A stretch of DNA of 64,000 nucleotides from Malacoraja senta. Lineage: Eukaryota. Positions 39,372 through 52,423 of this stretch are shown here, one piece after another (the stretch's first letter is position 1; every line of letters begins with the position of its first letter). A program made the position numbers and the translations under genes. The DNA lies in NCBI GenBank assembly GCA_038087875.1, contig CM075992.1:11782001-11846000 (forward strand). The letters run 5' to 3'. Below the pieces are notes generated by a model that made no database searches, was not told where the DNA came from, and saw only the letters and a list, made by a program, of their open reading frames with translations.

Positions 39372-41366
39372 ATAGAAAACACCAACATGACCAATAACAG
39401 CAGGAAGGCATGGGCCACAATCCGCTGCCTCGGCGAAGACCATACCACACCGCCCACACTCACAACAGTCACAGCAAACTCAGTTGCAGCACAGCTTGTG
39501 GCAAACGGTCGTAGCCAAAACCGGCGCAGACCCACAGGAGAATACCGCCGGACAGCGGTAACAGACCGCCTACAACCAGCCAGCGCTCTCACCAAGCCCT
39601 TCGGCCTAGAAGAACTCGAAGCTGCAATGAGCATGCTGAAGCCTGGGAAAGCAGCAGGAATCGATGATGTACTGACGGAAATGATACAGCACCTTGGACC
39701 TATAGCAAAGATCTGGCTCCTAGCAATGCTGAACTCATGCATGGCACAGAAAACAACCCCACCTGTATGGAGAAAGGCCAAGACTGTCGCAATTCCAAAA
39801 CCTGGAAAGGACCCATCATCCCCAAAGAGCTACAGACCCATTTCCCTCCTCTGCATCACCTACAAGCTCTACGAGAGGCTACTACTCCAACGCCTTATGC
39901 CACTTATAGACTCCAAGCTTACTAAAGATCAAGCTGGTTTCCGCCCTGGCCGCTCCTGTGCCGGGCAGCTACTGAACCTCACCCAACACATCGAGGACGG
40001 TTTCAAGTGCAAACTCATCACCGGAGCAGCTTTCATAGACCTCACCGCTGCTTACGACACTGTCCAGCACCGCACCATGATCAGGAAACTTTTTGACATG
40101 ACTGGTGACCTCGACCTGTGCCAAGTCATCAAAAGCCTTCTAAACAACAGGCGCTTCTTCGTCCAACTAAACGACAAGAAGAGCAAATGGAAAGCCCAAA
40201 AGAATGGCCTACCACAAGGCAGCGTACTGGCCCCCCTCCTCTTCAACATCTACACCAATGACCAACCACTTCCCCCACAATGCCGCCGCTTCATCTATGC
40301 TGATGACCTCTGCATCACCACCCAACAGGAGAACTTCCAGAGGATTGAGCCTGTCCTGGAAAGTGCCCTCCAAGAGATGACAACCTACTACAATAACAAC
40401 CACCTGAAACCCAACCCATCAAAAACCCAACTATGCAGCTTCCATCTTAAAAATCGAGATGCAGGAAAACAACTGAGCGTCTCATGGGATGGCCACAAAC
40501 TCTCCAACCACTTCCACCCCGTGTACCTCGGAGTTACACTCGACAGGACACTCTCTTTCAAAACCCACCTTCAGAACACCAAAGCCAAGGTAAACACTCG
40601 CAACAACATCCTGCGCAAACTGGTAAACTCAAAGTGGGGCGCTGATCCACCAGCCATCCGTGCAACTTCCCTAGCCCTGTGCTTCTCCACAGCTGAATAT
40701 GCGTGCTCAAGCTGGAGCCGCTCCCACCACACCAAACTGGTTGACACAGCCCTCAATGACACCTGCCGCATTATCACGGGATGCATAAAGACAACGCCAG
40801 TCCCGTGCCTCTACGCCCTAGCTGGTATTGCCCCCTTCCCATATCAGATGATCCATCATCGCCCAAGACGAGCGGAGAGCACAGGAGATCGATACCAGGC
40901 CCCCCCCCTGCACGGACACACAGCACCTCCACCCCGACTGAAATCCAGAGCCAGTTTCTTGCAGACAGTCCCACCTCTCCAGACAACCAAAGAAACAGCA
41001 AGGACCAACATCTGGAAAGATGAATGGAACCAGCTCAACACACGAGCCCACGACTGGATGGAGAGAGGAATCACTCCGACTGAATGCCTCGCCAGCGGGC
41101 ACGACCTCCCATGGCCAACCTGGAAGACCCTCAACAGATTACGAGTGGAGCAGGGGAGGTGTAAATCACTGATGAAAGCATGGAACTACCAGGCAGAAGA
41201 CACATGCAGCTGTGGAGCAGTACAGACAATGTCCCACCTACTGGAGTGTGACGACGCCCCCAGTGCAGCCCCCAGGACCTGGCTGAACCGACTCGACCAG
41301 CTCTGACCTGCGCCAGATACTGGCAGAACGACATCTGAGATTGCAACGGACTGGAAGAAGACCACA
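39372..41366 (+). mobile_element. Vingi/Ingi-like non-LTR retrotransposon, 5'-truncated, 645-aa ORF with RT
   Basis: [25 protein letters not shown] and YLGVTLDRTL motifs; C-terminal CxC..H..C; flanked by a 54-bp direct repeat. The clade call is from motif familiarity. Confidence 0.8.
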
Positions 41367-42389
41367 AGCTCAGACCACAACTGCTCACAGCACTGCAAGT
41401 GTGGTCTCACCATAGACTTGTATCTTTATGTCCCAGAGTTAAGTTATATTAGCTATTCCTTGGACCACTTTCCCAACTGACCGAGATCCTTTTGTAAACT
41501 TACTATATATTTCTTCACTGCCCAGTATACCACAGATTTTGGAGTTACCTGCATATTTACTCACCACAATAACTACATGATATTCATATTGATAATGTAG
41601 ATAAGGAACAACAATAGACCCATCACCAAACCCTCCCTGCAGCACTCCACTGGTCACAGTCCACAAACAAATAAATCACATCACAACTACCCTTTGACTA
41701 CTTCCTCCAAGCCAATTTCGTCAGTCATAGAGTGATACAGCATGGAAACATGCCCTTTGGCCCAACTTGCCCATGCCAGCCAACGTGTCCCTACCACACT
41801 AGTTCCACCTGCCCGTGTTTGGTCCGTATGCCTCCAAACCCATCCTATCCATGTACAGTATCTGTCTAACAACATCCCATTTGCCAGCTCACCTTGGATT
41901 CCTGACTAGTCTACCATGTGGAACCTTGTCGAATACCTTCCAAAGTCCATATAGACAACATTGCCCTACCGCCATCAATCCTCTTGGTGACTTCATGAAA
42001 AATCTCAGATTCATTTCCAATGAAAAAGGCCATGATGGCTGTAGAACATGGAATTTTGGATCAAACCTGCCGTAATGTCCTGGCTGACTGGTTTGTTTGA
42101 TGCAACTGATGTCACTCACAAGTCATGGCACAGTTGGGTAAAAGCAATGTTATGAAAGGTAGTGTCAACAGACTTTCAAAGGCCATAAAAGATGTCAGAA
42201 AAGTTCATGCTGATCAAACAAGGTGGACGGAGGGAAGCTTATTAATTCCACACTGGTAGACGGCTCAAATATCAGAAAGAATGTGAGGACAAACCGAGTC
42301 ATCTAAGCTTTTGAATTGGGATCATCTTGTAGGTAAAAGGTGGGGGAATGGAATTGATATACGGCAGCACTGGAAGGAGAGGTGGGAGA

Positions 42390-45065
42390 TTACAAGTTGA
42401 ATCAGGAGTTAAAATTGGCATGTAGTAAAGGTAATGCTACAGTTGTTATGGGAGATTTCAACACGCAGGTAGACTGGGAAAATCTGGACCCCAAGAAATA
42501 ATAATAATAATAAAACATTTTATTTATGGGCGCCTTTCAAATCTCAAGGACACCTTACAGATTTTACAGTAGAAACATATAAACGGAATGAAATAAATAG
42601 TAAAGACATCACAAGTACACAAATTAAAAACAGAATTCAATCCGAACACAAAAATCAAAAACACAGTATGGAAGAGAGAGCAGCGGCTGCTAATACACAA
42701 AGGGAGTTTGTGGAGTGCCTCCGTGATGGATTCTTCGAGCAGCTTGTATTGGAGCCTACCAGGGAGAAGGCAATTCTGGATTTAGTGTGATGTAATGAAC
42801 CGGAACTTGAGGATAAGGAAGTTGAGGTTAAGGAGCCATTAGGAGATAGTGACCATAATATGGTCAAATTTAATCTACAATTGGAGAGGGAGAAGGGTAA
42901 ATCGGAGGAGTCGGTTTTACAGTTGAATAAAGGGGGCTATGGAGCCATGAGGGAGAAGCTGGCCAAATTGACTGGAAAAATACGCTAGAAGGGATGACAT
43001 CGGAACAACAATGGCAGGTACTTCTGGGAATAATACAGACGGTGCAGGATCAGTTCATTCCAAGGGGAGTATGCGGCTAATGTGGCTGACCAGGGACGTC
43101 AGGGTCAGTATAAAAATAAAACAGTAGCAACGTAGCTTAGATGACCGGGAAGCAAGAGGATTGGGTAATGTCTAAAGAGCAACAGAAGAGAACTGAAAAG
43201 GCAATACGGGGAGAAAAGATGAGGTACGTAGGTAAGCTAGCCAAGAATATAAAGGAGGATAGTAAAAGCTTCTTTAGGTATGTAAAGAGGAAGAAATTAG
43301 TTAAGATCAAAGTTGGACCCTTGAAGACTGAAAAAGGTGAATTTATTATGGGGAACAAGGAAAGGGCAGATGAGTTGAACAGGCACTTTGGATCCGTATT
43401 CACTAAGGAGGACACAAACATTTTCCTGATATACTAGTGGCCAGAGGATCTGGGGTGACAGAGGAACTGAAGGAAATCCACATTAGGCAGGAAATGGTGT
43501 TGGGTAGACTGATGGGACTGAAGGCTGATAAATCCCCAGGGGCCTGCTCGTCTGCATCCCAGGGTACTTAAGAAAGTTGCTCTAAAAATCGTGGATGCAT
43601 TGGTGATAATTTTCCACAGTTTTATAAATTGAGGATCAGTTCCTGTGGATAAGAGGATAGCTAATGTTATCCCACTTTTTAAGAAAGGCGGGAGAGAGAA
43701 AACAGGGAATTATAGACCGGTTAGCCTGACATCGGTGGTGGGGAAGATGCTGGAGTCAATTATAAAAGATGAAATAGCGGCACATTTGGATAGCAGTAAC
43801 AGGATCAGTCCGAGTCAGCATGGATTTACAAAGGGGAAATCATGCTTAACTAATCTTCTGGAATTTTTTGAGGATGTAACCAGGAAAATGGACAAGGGAG
43901 AGCCAGTGGATGAAGTGTACCTGGACTTTCAGAAAGCATTTGATAAAGTCCCACATAGGAGAATAGTGGGCAAAATTAGGGCACATGGTATTGGGGGTAG
44001 AGTGCTGACATGGATAGAAAATTGGTTGGCAGACAGGAAACAATGAGTAGGGATTAACGGGTCCCTTTCAGAATGGCAGGCAGTGACTAGTGGGTGCCAC
44101 AAGGCTCACTGCTGAGTGCAGCTATTTACAATATATTTCAATGATTTAGATGAAGGAATTCAAAGTAACATCAGCAAATTTGCAGATGACACAAAGCTGG
44201 GTGGCAGTGTGAACTGTGAGGAGGATGCTATGAGAATGCAGGGTGACTTGGACAGGTTGAGTGGGTGGGCAGATGCATGGCAGATGCAGTTTAATGTGGA
44301 TAAATGTGAAGTTATACACTTTGGTAGCAAAAACAGGAAGGCAGAAGTACAGAAGCATCTGGAGGTCCTTGTTCATCAGTCAATGAAAGTAAGCATGCAG
44401 GTACAACAGGCAGTGAAGAAAGTGAATGGCATGTTGGCCTTTATAACAAGAGGAGTTGAATATAGAAGCAAAGAGGTCCTTCTGCAGTTGTATAGGACCC
44501 TAGTGAGACCACATCTGGAGTATTGTGTGCAGTTTTGGTCCTCTAATTTGAGGAAGGACATTCTTCTTATTGAGGGAGTGCATCGCAGGTGTACAAGCTT
44601 AATTCCAGGGATGGCGGGACTGTCATAGGCTAAGAGAATGGAGCGGCTGGGCTTGTATATTTTAGAAGGATGAGAGGAGATCTTATTGAAACATATAAGA
44701 TTATTAAGGGTTTGGACACGCTGGAGGCCGGAAACATGTTCCCGATGTTGGGGGAGTCCAGAACCAGGTGCCACAGTTTCAGAATAAGGGGCAAGCCATT
44801 TAGAACAGAGACGTGGAACGTTTTCTCACAGAGAGTTGTGAGTCTGTGCAATTCTCTGCCTCTGAGGGCGGTGGAGGCCGGTTCACTGGATACTTTCAAT
44901 AGAGAGCTAGATAGGGCTCTTAAAGATATCGTAGTCAGGGGATATGGGGAGAAGGCAGGAACGGGGATTGGGGATGATCAGCCATGATTACATTAAATGG
45001 TGGTGTTGGCTCGAAGGGCCGAATGGCCTACTCCTGCACCTATTGTCTATTGTCTGTTGTCTATT
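42390..45065 (+). mobile_element. CR1 LINE, 5'-truncated (cassette 1), with a short minus-strand insert at about 42497-42697
   Basis: MGDFN, SDHN, NYRPVSL and FADD motifs; (ctattgt)n tail about 140 bp from EGF exon C. Confidence 0.9.
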
Positions 45066-45208
45066 GATTTTCCAATACTCCTCTATGTACCTGAAACCAG
45101 CTGCTATGGCCTTGCCTCTTCCCATTCATGCCAAGTTCAAAGCACAAGCTCCCCAGTGAGGCAAAACAGTAAAGTATTAAATACAAAAATATGAGTGACA
45201 GCACCCAC

Positions 45209-45361
45209 CTTTGCAGCCTCTGTTGTCTGTGAAGTTACGTTGTTTGCTCGGGTGGAAATATCCTGCCTTACAGGTACAGTAGTAGCTTCCCACTGTGTTG
45301 TGACAATCAGTGTTGCTGCCACACAGTGTTTGTGCAGAAGTTCCATTACTTTCATCCTCAT
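45209..45361 (-). CDS. ADGRE-like EGF exon, copy C (Cys1 replaced by Ser)
   Basis: ccatccag|ATGAGGAT...TGCAAAG|gtgggt; 153 nt; (D)[50 protein letters not shown]. Confidence 0.85.
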
Positions 45362-46729
45362 CTGGATGGAGGAGAAAAATGATCCATGCTTTAATAAAAA
45401 CCAAGAAGGAATGAGTGGTCTGTTGCCCATGCCAGTCCTCACACTCCACAGCTGATCATTCCTGGTCCTATCGTGACCTGTCCCTCCATCTCCACCATCC
45501 CTTGATTCAATCAACATTCACAATGTCAGCCTGGTGTGGCCTCAACAACTGTGGCTCCACAGTGAGGAACAGGAAGACTCACAACCTTCTGAGCAAAGGG
45601 ACCTTTCCTCAGCCCAGGCCTAAACGGACAAAGCCGCTGCCTCTCTGCTCCTCTGTTACTCCCACATCTACATCAGCAAACTTAGATTCTTTCTGCTTTT
45701 TGTGAAGTGTGTTATGTCATTACAAGGAGTCTTGCCTACCCCTGCTTCTCACAATACCCCTCACTCCTCCCCCCACCTACCCCACCTGGCCATCACCACA
45801 TCCCTCCCAGTGGACCCCCTCCCCCTTCCGTTGTTCCCATCCCCCACTACTCTTCCCATATTGATTCACTCTTCACCTTGCTTTCCTATCAAATTCCAGA
45901 ATCCACAGCCTTGTCTTGTTTCCACATCACCTCCCTGTCTCTATCTCTATTTCCACCCTTCCCTTCCCCAACTCACTCCATCTGCTAATTAACACTTCCT
46001 CATCTGTATCCACCTATCACTTGCCACACTTGCCCCAAGCCCTCCCGCACTCTTTGCAGTGGCTAACTCCCTTCTATTCTTTCTGCCCACATGAAGGTCA
46101 GAACCTGTCCATTTTCCACCAGAGATGCTGCCTGACACACTGACTATTCTCCTTTGTTGTCCCAGATCCCAGCATCTGCGATCTCTCGTGCTTCCTAGAC
46201 CACCTCATGTTTCACTCTCATTCAAATATTCATCACGGGAAATAGAACAATTTTCTTGGACTTTTCACAATCGAAGGCTTTGGTGTGATCTAAAAGTAAG
46301 GGCGGTTAGCTTTGTCCAAGCTTCCATCGCTGATACACTGGCTCTTGAGGCAATGCGATTCCAGAATGAGCAATCTTCCCTTGATAGGGTTAGAGACACC
46401 TGGTGATGGAAGGTGGGGAGACAGGGAAACTTGAGGCAGAGTGAGGTACCCTGACCTTGCCTCAGCTTTCCCCATCTTGGCGTCATGGATACCCGTTGAA
46501 CCATCCGTACCATTTGCCATTCCGGAACTGCAGATACTGGCTTATAGAAAAAGACTCAAAGGGCTGGATTAACTCAGCAGACAAAGCAGCATCACTAGAG
46601 AACAGGTACAGGTGACATTTCGGGTTGTCGTGGAGGTGGGGGGGGGGGGATGAAAGCGGGAAGAGAAGTCAGGGCAGGACAAAGCCTGGCAAGTGATATG
46701 TAGGTATAAGTGGGGAAGGGGCTGATTAC

Positions 46730-49700
46730 CTCCCATGGATGTTGAAGAAACAGCAGCAAAGAGAAGCAGGAAATAGCACTGATTGGCTCTAGCCCATGTA
46801 GAAGGAGAGTTGGAAGTGAGTCAGAGGGGGAAAAACAGTTGAAAAAGAGAGACAAAGCACAGGCAGACTTAACTCAGAGCTCCCGTGGATTTTGAAGAAA
46901 CAGCAGCAAAGAGAAGCCGGAAATAGCACTGATTGGCTCTAGCCCGAGTGGGAGGAGAGTTAGAAGTGAGTCAGGGGGGAAAACAGTTTAAAACAGAGGA
47001 ATTTGGTTTGTAAATTGGTAAATTAGGCAATTTATCAGTCAATATAAGCTGGGCGGCTCTTAGGGAGTGGCCTTGTGAGGGAAGTGCCTTGTGAGAAAAG
47101 TGTGACTCTTTGGCTCGAGAGTCTCTGGCGAGGAGCCTGAGGCGAGGAGGCTACACTTAAAGCTGGAGAGGACGGAACGCGGTGAACACATGTCGGGGCA
47201 GATGAGACAGTGTGAGTCTTGCAGAATATGGGAGCCCAGGGACACAGATGGAGCCTCTGGCTGCTACACCTGTGGCAAGGGCGTCCATCTTCAGCACCGA
47301 AAGGACCGTGTTGGGGCATTGGAGAAGCAGCTGGATTGCCTCCGGGCCATCTGAGAAAACGAGTGTTTCCTGGGCAGCAAATACAGTGAGGTAGTCACGC
47401 CGAGGTTACGGGAAGAACCAAGGTGTGTGATGGAGAGAAAGGGTGGAAATCGTGGAGTGCAGAAGACTCGGGTGGCTGTGCCTAATGAAAACAGGAACGC
47501 CCTCTTGGGAACTGTCTGGGGAGACGATGTTTCCAGTCCGAACGGTGGACACGTCGGTGGCTCCAATCCTGGAGATGGGACTCGACCGGCGAGACCGACG
47601 TCAGGCAGAGCCTTCGTGGTGGGTGACTCTATTGTCCGAGGGATGGACAGGAGATACTGTGGTGGCAGACAAGATGCGAGGATGGTCTGTTGCCTCCCTG
47701 GTGCCAGGGTTCAGGATGTCACGAGCCGAATTCTGAACATCCTCGAGAGAGAGAAGGTGAACAGCCGGCAGTAGTTGTGCACGTAGGCACAAACGACATT
47801 GGGAAGAAGTGGAAGGAGGTTCTCCAACATGACTTCAGAGAGTTGGGAAGTAGACTGAAATGCCAGACTTCTAGGGTGGTTATCTCTGGATTGCTTCCAG
47901 TACCTCGTGCTAGTGAGGACAGGAACAGGGAGATAGGGGATCTGAATGTGTGGCTGAGGGGCTGGAGCAGGGAGCAAAGATTTAGATTTATAGACCACTG
48001 GGATCTCTTCTGGGATAGGGGTGACCTGTACAAAAGGGACTGGTTACACCTTAACTGGAGGGGGACTGACATTCTGGCAGGCATGTTTGCTAGGCCGACA
48101 CGTGTGGGTTTAAACTAAATAGTGGGGGGGAGGGATTGACAAATTGGGAGTATAAAGATGGAGTTGAAGGGGAAGTGGCTACAGGAAAAATTACAAAAGA
48201 TTCTCGAATTAATGGGATGGAAAGGTTGAGAATGGACAACAGAGTAAGGTCAGGGCCAATTGCGAGCGGTGCGAGGGGGGAAGTGAATACGGAGGTCAAA
48301 GTGCTGTATATGAATGCGCGAAGTATAAGGAATAAAGTGGACGAGCTTGAAGCTCAGTTAAAAACTGGCAAGTATGATGTTGTGGGAATTACTGAGACAT
48401 GGCTGCAAGACGGCCAGGGCTGGGAACTGAATATTCAAGGGTATACCTCCTATCGAAAAGACAGAAAGGTGGGCAGAGGGGGTGGGGTTGCACAGTGGGT
48501 GAGGAATGAAATTCAGTCCTTTGCAAGGGGTGACATTGAAACAGGAGATGTGGAGTCAGTATGGATAGAACTAAGGAATTGTAAGGGTTAAAAGACCCTA
48601 ATGGGACTAATCTACAGGCCCCCAAACTGTAGCCTGGACATAGGGCGCAAGTTGAATCAGGAGTTAAAATTGGCATGTTGTAAAAGTAATGGTGTGTTTG
48701 TTATGGGAGATTTCAACATGCAGGTAGACTGGGAAAATCAGGTTTGTACTGGATCCCAAGGAAGGGGCTTCGTAGAGTGCCTTAGTGATGGATTCTTAGA
48801 GCAGCTTGTATTGGAGCCTACCAGGGAGAAGGCAATTCTGGATTTAGTGTTATGTAATGAACTGGATTTGATAAAGGAACTTGAGGTTAAGGAGCCATTA
48901 GGAGGTAGTGACCATAATATGGTCAAGTTTAATCTACAATTGGAGAGGGAAAAGGGTAAATTGGAGGTGTCGGTGTTGCAGTTGAAAACAGAGGGCTATG
49001 GAGCCATGAGGGAGAAGCTGGCCAAATTGACTGGAAAAATACACGAGAAGGGATGACAGTGGAACAACAATGGCAGGTAATTCTGGGAATAATAGACGGT
49101 GCAGGATCAGTTCATTCCAAAGAGGGAGTAAGATTCCAAGGGGAGTAAGGGGCGACAGTGGCTGACCAGCGACGTCAGGGACAGTATAAAAATAAAAGAG
49201 AACAAATACAACGTAGCATAGATGACCGGGAAGCAAGAGGATTGGGTAATGTCTAAAGTGCAACATAGAGAACTAATAAGGCAATACGGGGAAAAAAGAT
49301 GAGGTACGAAGGTAAGATAGCCAAGAATATAAAGGAGGATAGTAAAAGCTTCTTTAGGTATGTAAAGAGGAAAAAAATAGTTAAGACCAAAGTTGGACCC
49401 TTGAAGACAGAAAAAGGTGAATTTATTATGGGAACAAGGATATGGCAGATGAGTCGAACAGGTACTTTGGATCAGTCTTCACTAAGGAGGACACAAACAA
49501 TCTTCCTGATATAGTAGTGGTCAGAGGGTCTGGGTGACAGAGGAACTGAAGGAAATCCACATTAGGCAGGAAATGGTGTTGGGTAGACTGATGGAACTGA
49601 AGGCTGATAAATCCCCAGGGCCTGATGGTCTGCATTCCAGGGTACTTAAGGAAGTGGCTTTAGAAATCGTGGATGCATTGGTGATAATTTTCCAGAGTTT

Positions 49701-51195
49701 TATAGATTCAGGATCAGTTCCAGTGGATAAGAGGGTAGCTAATGTTATCCCATTTTTTAAGAATGGCGGGAGTGAGAAAACAGGGAATTATAGACCAGTT
49801 AGCCTGACATTGGTGGTGGGGAAGATGCTGCAGTCAATTATAAAAGATGAAATAGCGGCACATTTGGATAGCAGTAACAGGATCGGTCTGAGTAGCATTG
49901 ATTTACGAAGGGGAAATCATGCTTGATTAATCTTCTGGAATTTTTGAGGATGTAACTAGGAAAATGGACAAGGGAGAGCCTGTGGATGTAGTGTACCTGG
50001 ACCTTCAGAAAGCATTTGATAAGGTCCCACATAGGAGATTAGTGGGAGAAATTAGGTCACAAGGTATTGGGGCTAGAGTGCTGACATGGATAGAAAATTG
50101 GTTGGCAGACAGGAAACAAAGAGTAGGGATTAACGGGTCCCTTTCAGAATGGCAGGCAGTGACTAGTCGGGTGCCGCAAGGATCGGTGCTGGGACCGCAG
50201 CTATTTACAATATACATCAATGATTTAGATGAAAGGATTCAAAGTAACATTAGCAAATTTACAGATGATACAAAGCTGGGTGGCAGTGTGAGCTGTGAGG
50301 AGCATGCTATGAGAATGCAGGGTGACTTGGACAGGTTGAGTGTGTGGGCAGATGCATGGCAGATGCAGTTTAATGTGGATAAATGTGAGGTTATCCACTT
50401 TGTTAGCAAAAAACAGGAAGGCAGATTACTATCTAAATGGTGTCAAGTTGGGAAAAGGGAAGTACAACATGATCCGGGGGTCCTTGTTCTTCAGTCAATG
50501 AAAGTAAGCATGCAGGTACAGCAGGCAGTGAAGAAAGCGAATGGCATGTTGGCCTTTATAATAAGAGGAGTTGAGTGTAGGAGCAAAGAGGTCCTTATGC
50601 AGTTGTACAGAGCCCTAGTGAGACCACATCTGGAGTATTGTGTACAATTTTGGTCCCCTAATTTGAGGAAGGACATTCTGGCTATTGAAGGAGTTCAGCG
50701 TGGGTTAACAAGTTTAATTCCCAGGATGGCGGGACTGTCATATGCTGAGAGAATGGAGCGGCTGGGCTTGTATACTCTGGAGATTAGAAGGTTGAGAGGG
50801 GATCTTATTGAAACATATAAGATTATTAAGGGTATGGACACTCTAGAGGCAGGAAACGTGTTCCTGATGTTGGGGGAGTCCAGAATCAGGGACCACAGTT
50901 TCAGAATAAGGTGTACACCATTTCGAACGGAAATGAGGTAACACATTTTCTCACAGAGAGTTGTGAGTCTGTGGATTCTCTGCCTCAGAGGGCGGTGGAT
51001 GCCGGTTCTCTTGATACTTTCAAGAGAGAGCTAGATAGGGCTCTTAAAGATAGAGGAGTCAGGGATATCGGGAGAAGGCAGGAACGGGGTATTGATTGGG
51101 GATGATCAGCCATGATCACATTTAATGGCGGTGCTGGCTCGAAGGGCCGAATGGCCTATTCCTGCACCTATTGCCTATTGTCTATTGTCTATTGA
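46730..51195 (+). mobile_element. Near full-length chimeric CR1 (5' repeats, ORF1 zinc finger plus SGNH esterase, ORF2 APE-RT), frameshifted
   Basis: MSGQMRQCESC; GDSIVRG and HVGTND esterase motifs; YMNARS, GITETW, GDFN and FTDD motifs. Confidence 0.92.
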
Positions 51196-51336
51196 TTTTT
51201 AAATACTCCTCTATGTACCTGAAACCAGCTGCTATGGCCTTGCCTCTTCCCATTCATGCCAAGTTCAAAGCACAAGCTCCCCAGTGAGGCAAAACAGTAA
51301 AGTATTAAATACAAAAATATGAGTGTCACCACCCAC

Positions 51337-51489
51337 CTTTGCAGCCTCTGTTGTCTGTGAAGTTACGTTGTTTGCTCAGGTGAAAATATCCTGCCTTACA
51401 GGTACAGTAGTAGCTTCCCACTGTGTTGTGACAATCAGTGTTGGGGCCACACACTGTTTGTGCAGAAGTTCCATTGCATTCATCCTCAT
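51337..51489 (-). CDS. ADGRE-like calcium-binding EGF exon, copy B
   Basis: ctccatcag|ATGAGGAT...TGCAAAG|gtgggt; 153 nt; (D)[50 protein letters not shown]. Confidence 0.9.
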
Positions 51490-52423
51490 CTGATGGAGGA
51501 AGAGAAAAAGATCCATGCTTTAATAAAAACCAAGAAGGGATGAGTGGTCTGTTGCCCATGCCAGTCCTCACACTCCACAGCTGATCATTTCTGATCCTAT
51601 CGTGACCTGTCCCTCCATCTCCACCATCCCTTGATTCAATCAACATTCACAATGTCAGCCTGGTGTGTCCTCAACAACTGTGGCTCCACAGTGAGGAACA
51701 GGAAGACACACAACCTTCTGAGCAAAGGACCTTTCCTCAGCCCAGGCCTAAACGGACAAAGCCGCTGCCTCTCTGCTCCTCTGTTACTCCCACATCTACA
51801 TCAGCAAACTTAGATTCTTTCTGATTTTAGTGAAGTGTGTTATGTCATTACAAGGAGTCTTGCATACCCCTGCTTCACACAATACCCCTCACTCCTCCCC
51901 CCACTTACCCCACCTGGCCATCACCACACATCCCTCCCAGTGGACCCCCTCCCCCTCCGTTGTTCCCATCCCCCTCTACTCTTCCCATATTGATTCACTC
52001 TTCGCCTTGCTTTCCTATCAAATTCCGGAATCCGCAGCCTTTTCTTGTTTCTACATAGATACATAGATACATAGAAAATAGGGGCAGGAGTAGGCCATTC
52101 GGCCCTTCGAGCCTGCACCTCCATTCAATATGATCATGGCTGATCATCCAACTCAGTATCCCGTACCTGCCTTCTATCCATACCCCATGATCCCTTTAGC
52201 CACAAGGGCCACATCTAACTCCCTCTTAAATATAGCCAATGAACTGGCCTCAACTACCCTCTGTGGCAGAGAATTCCAGAGATTCACCACTCTCTGTGTG
52301 AAAAAGTTTTTCTCCTCTCGGTCTTAAAGGATTTCCCCCCTTATCCTTAAGCTGTGACCCCTTGCCCTGGACTTCCCCAACATCGGGAACAATCTTCCTG
52401 CATCTAGCCTGTCCAACCCCATA

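Noticed and set aside
47588..48118. SGNH/GDSL esterase as a host gene
   Set aside because: It is the esterase domain of CR1 ORF1, directly upstream of ORF2 and frameshifted.
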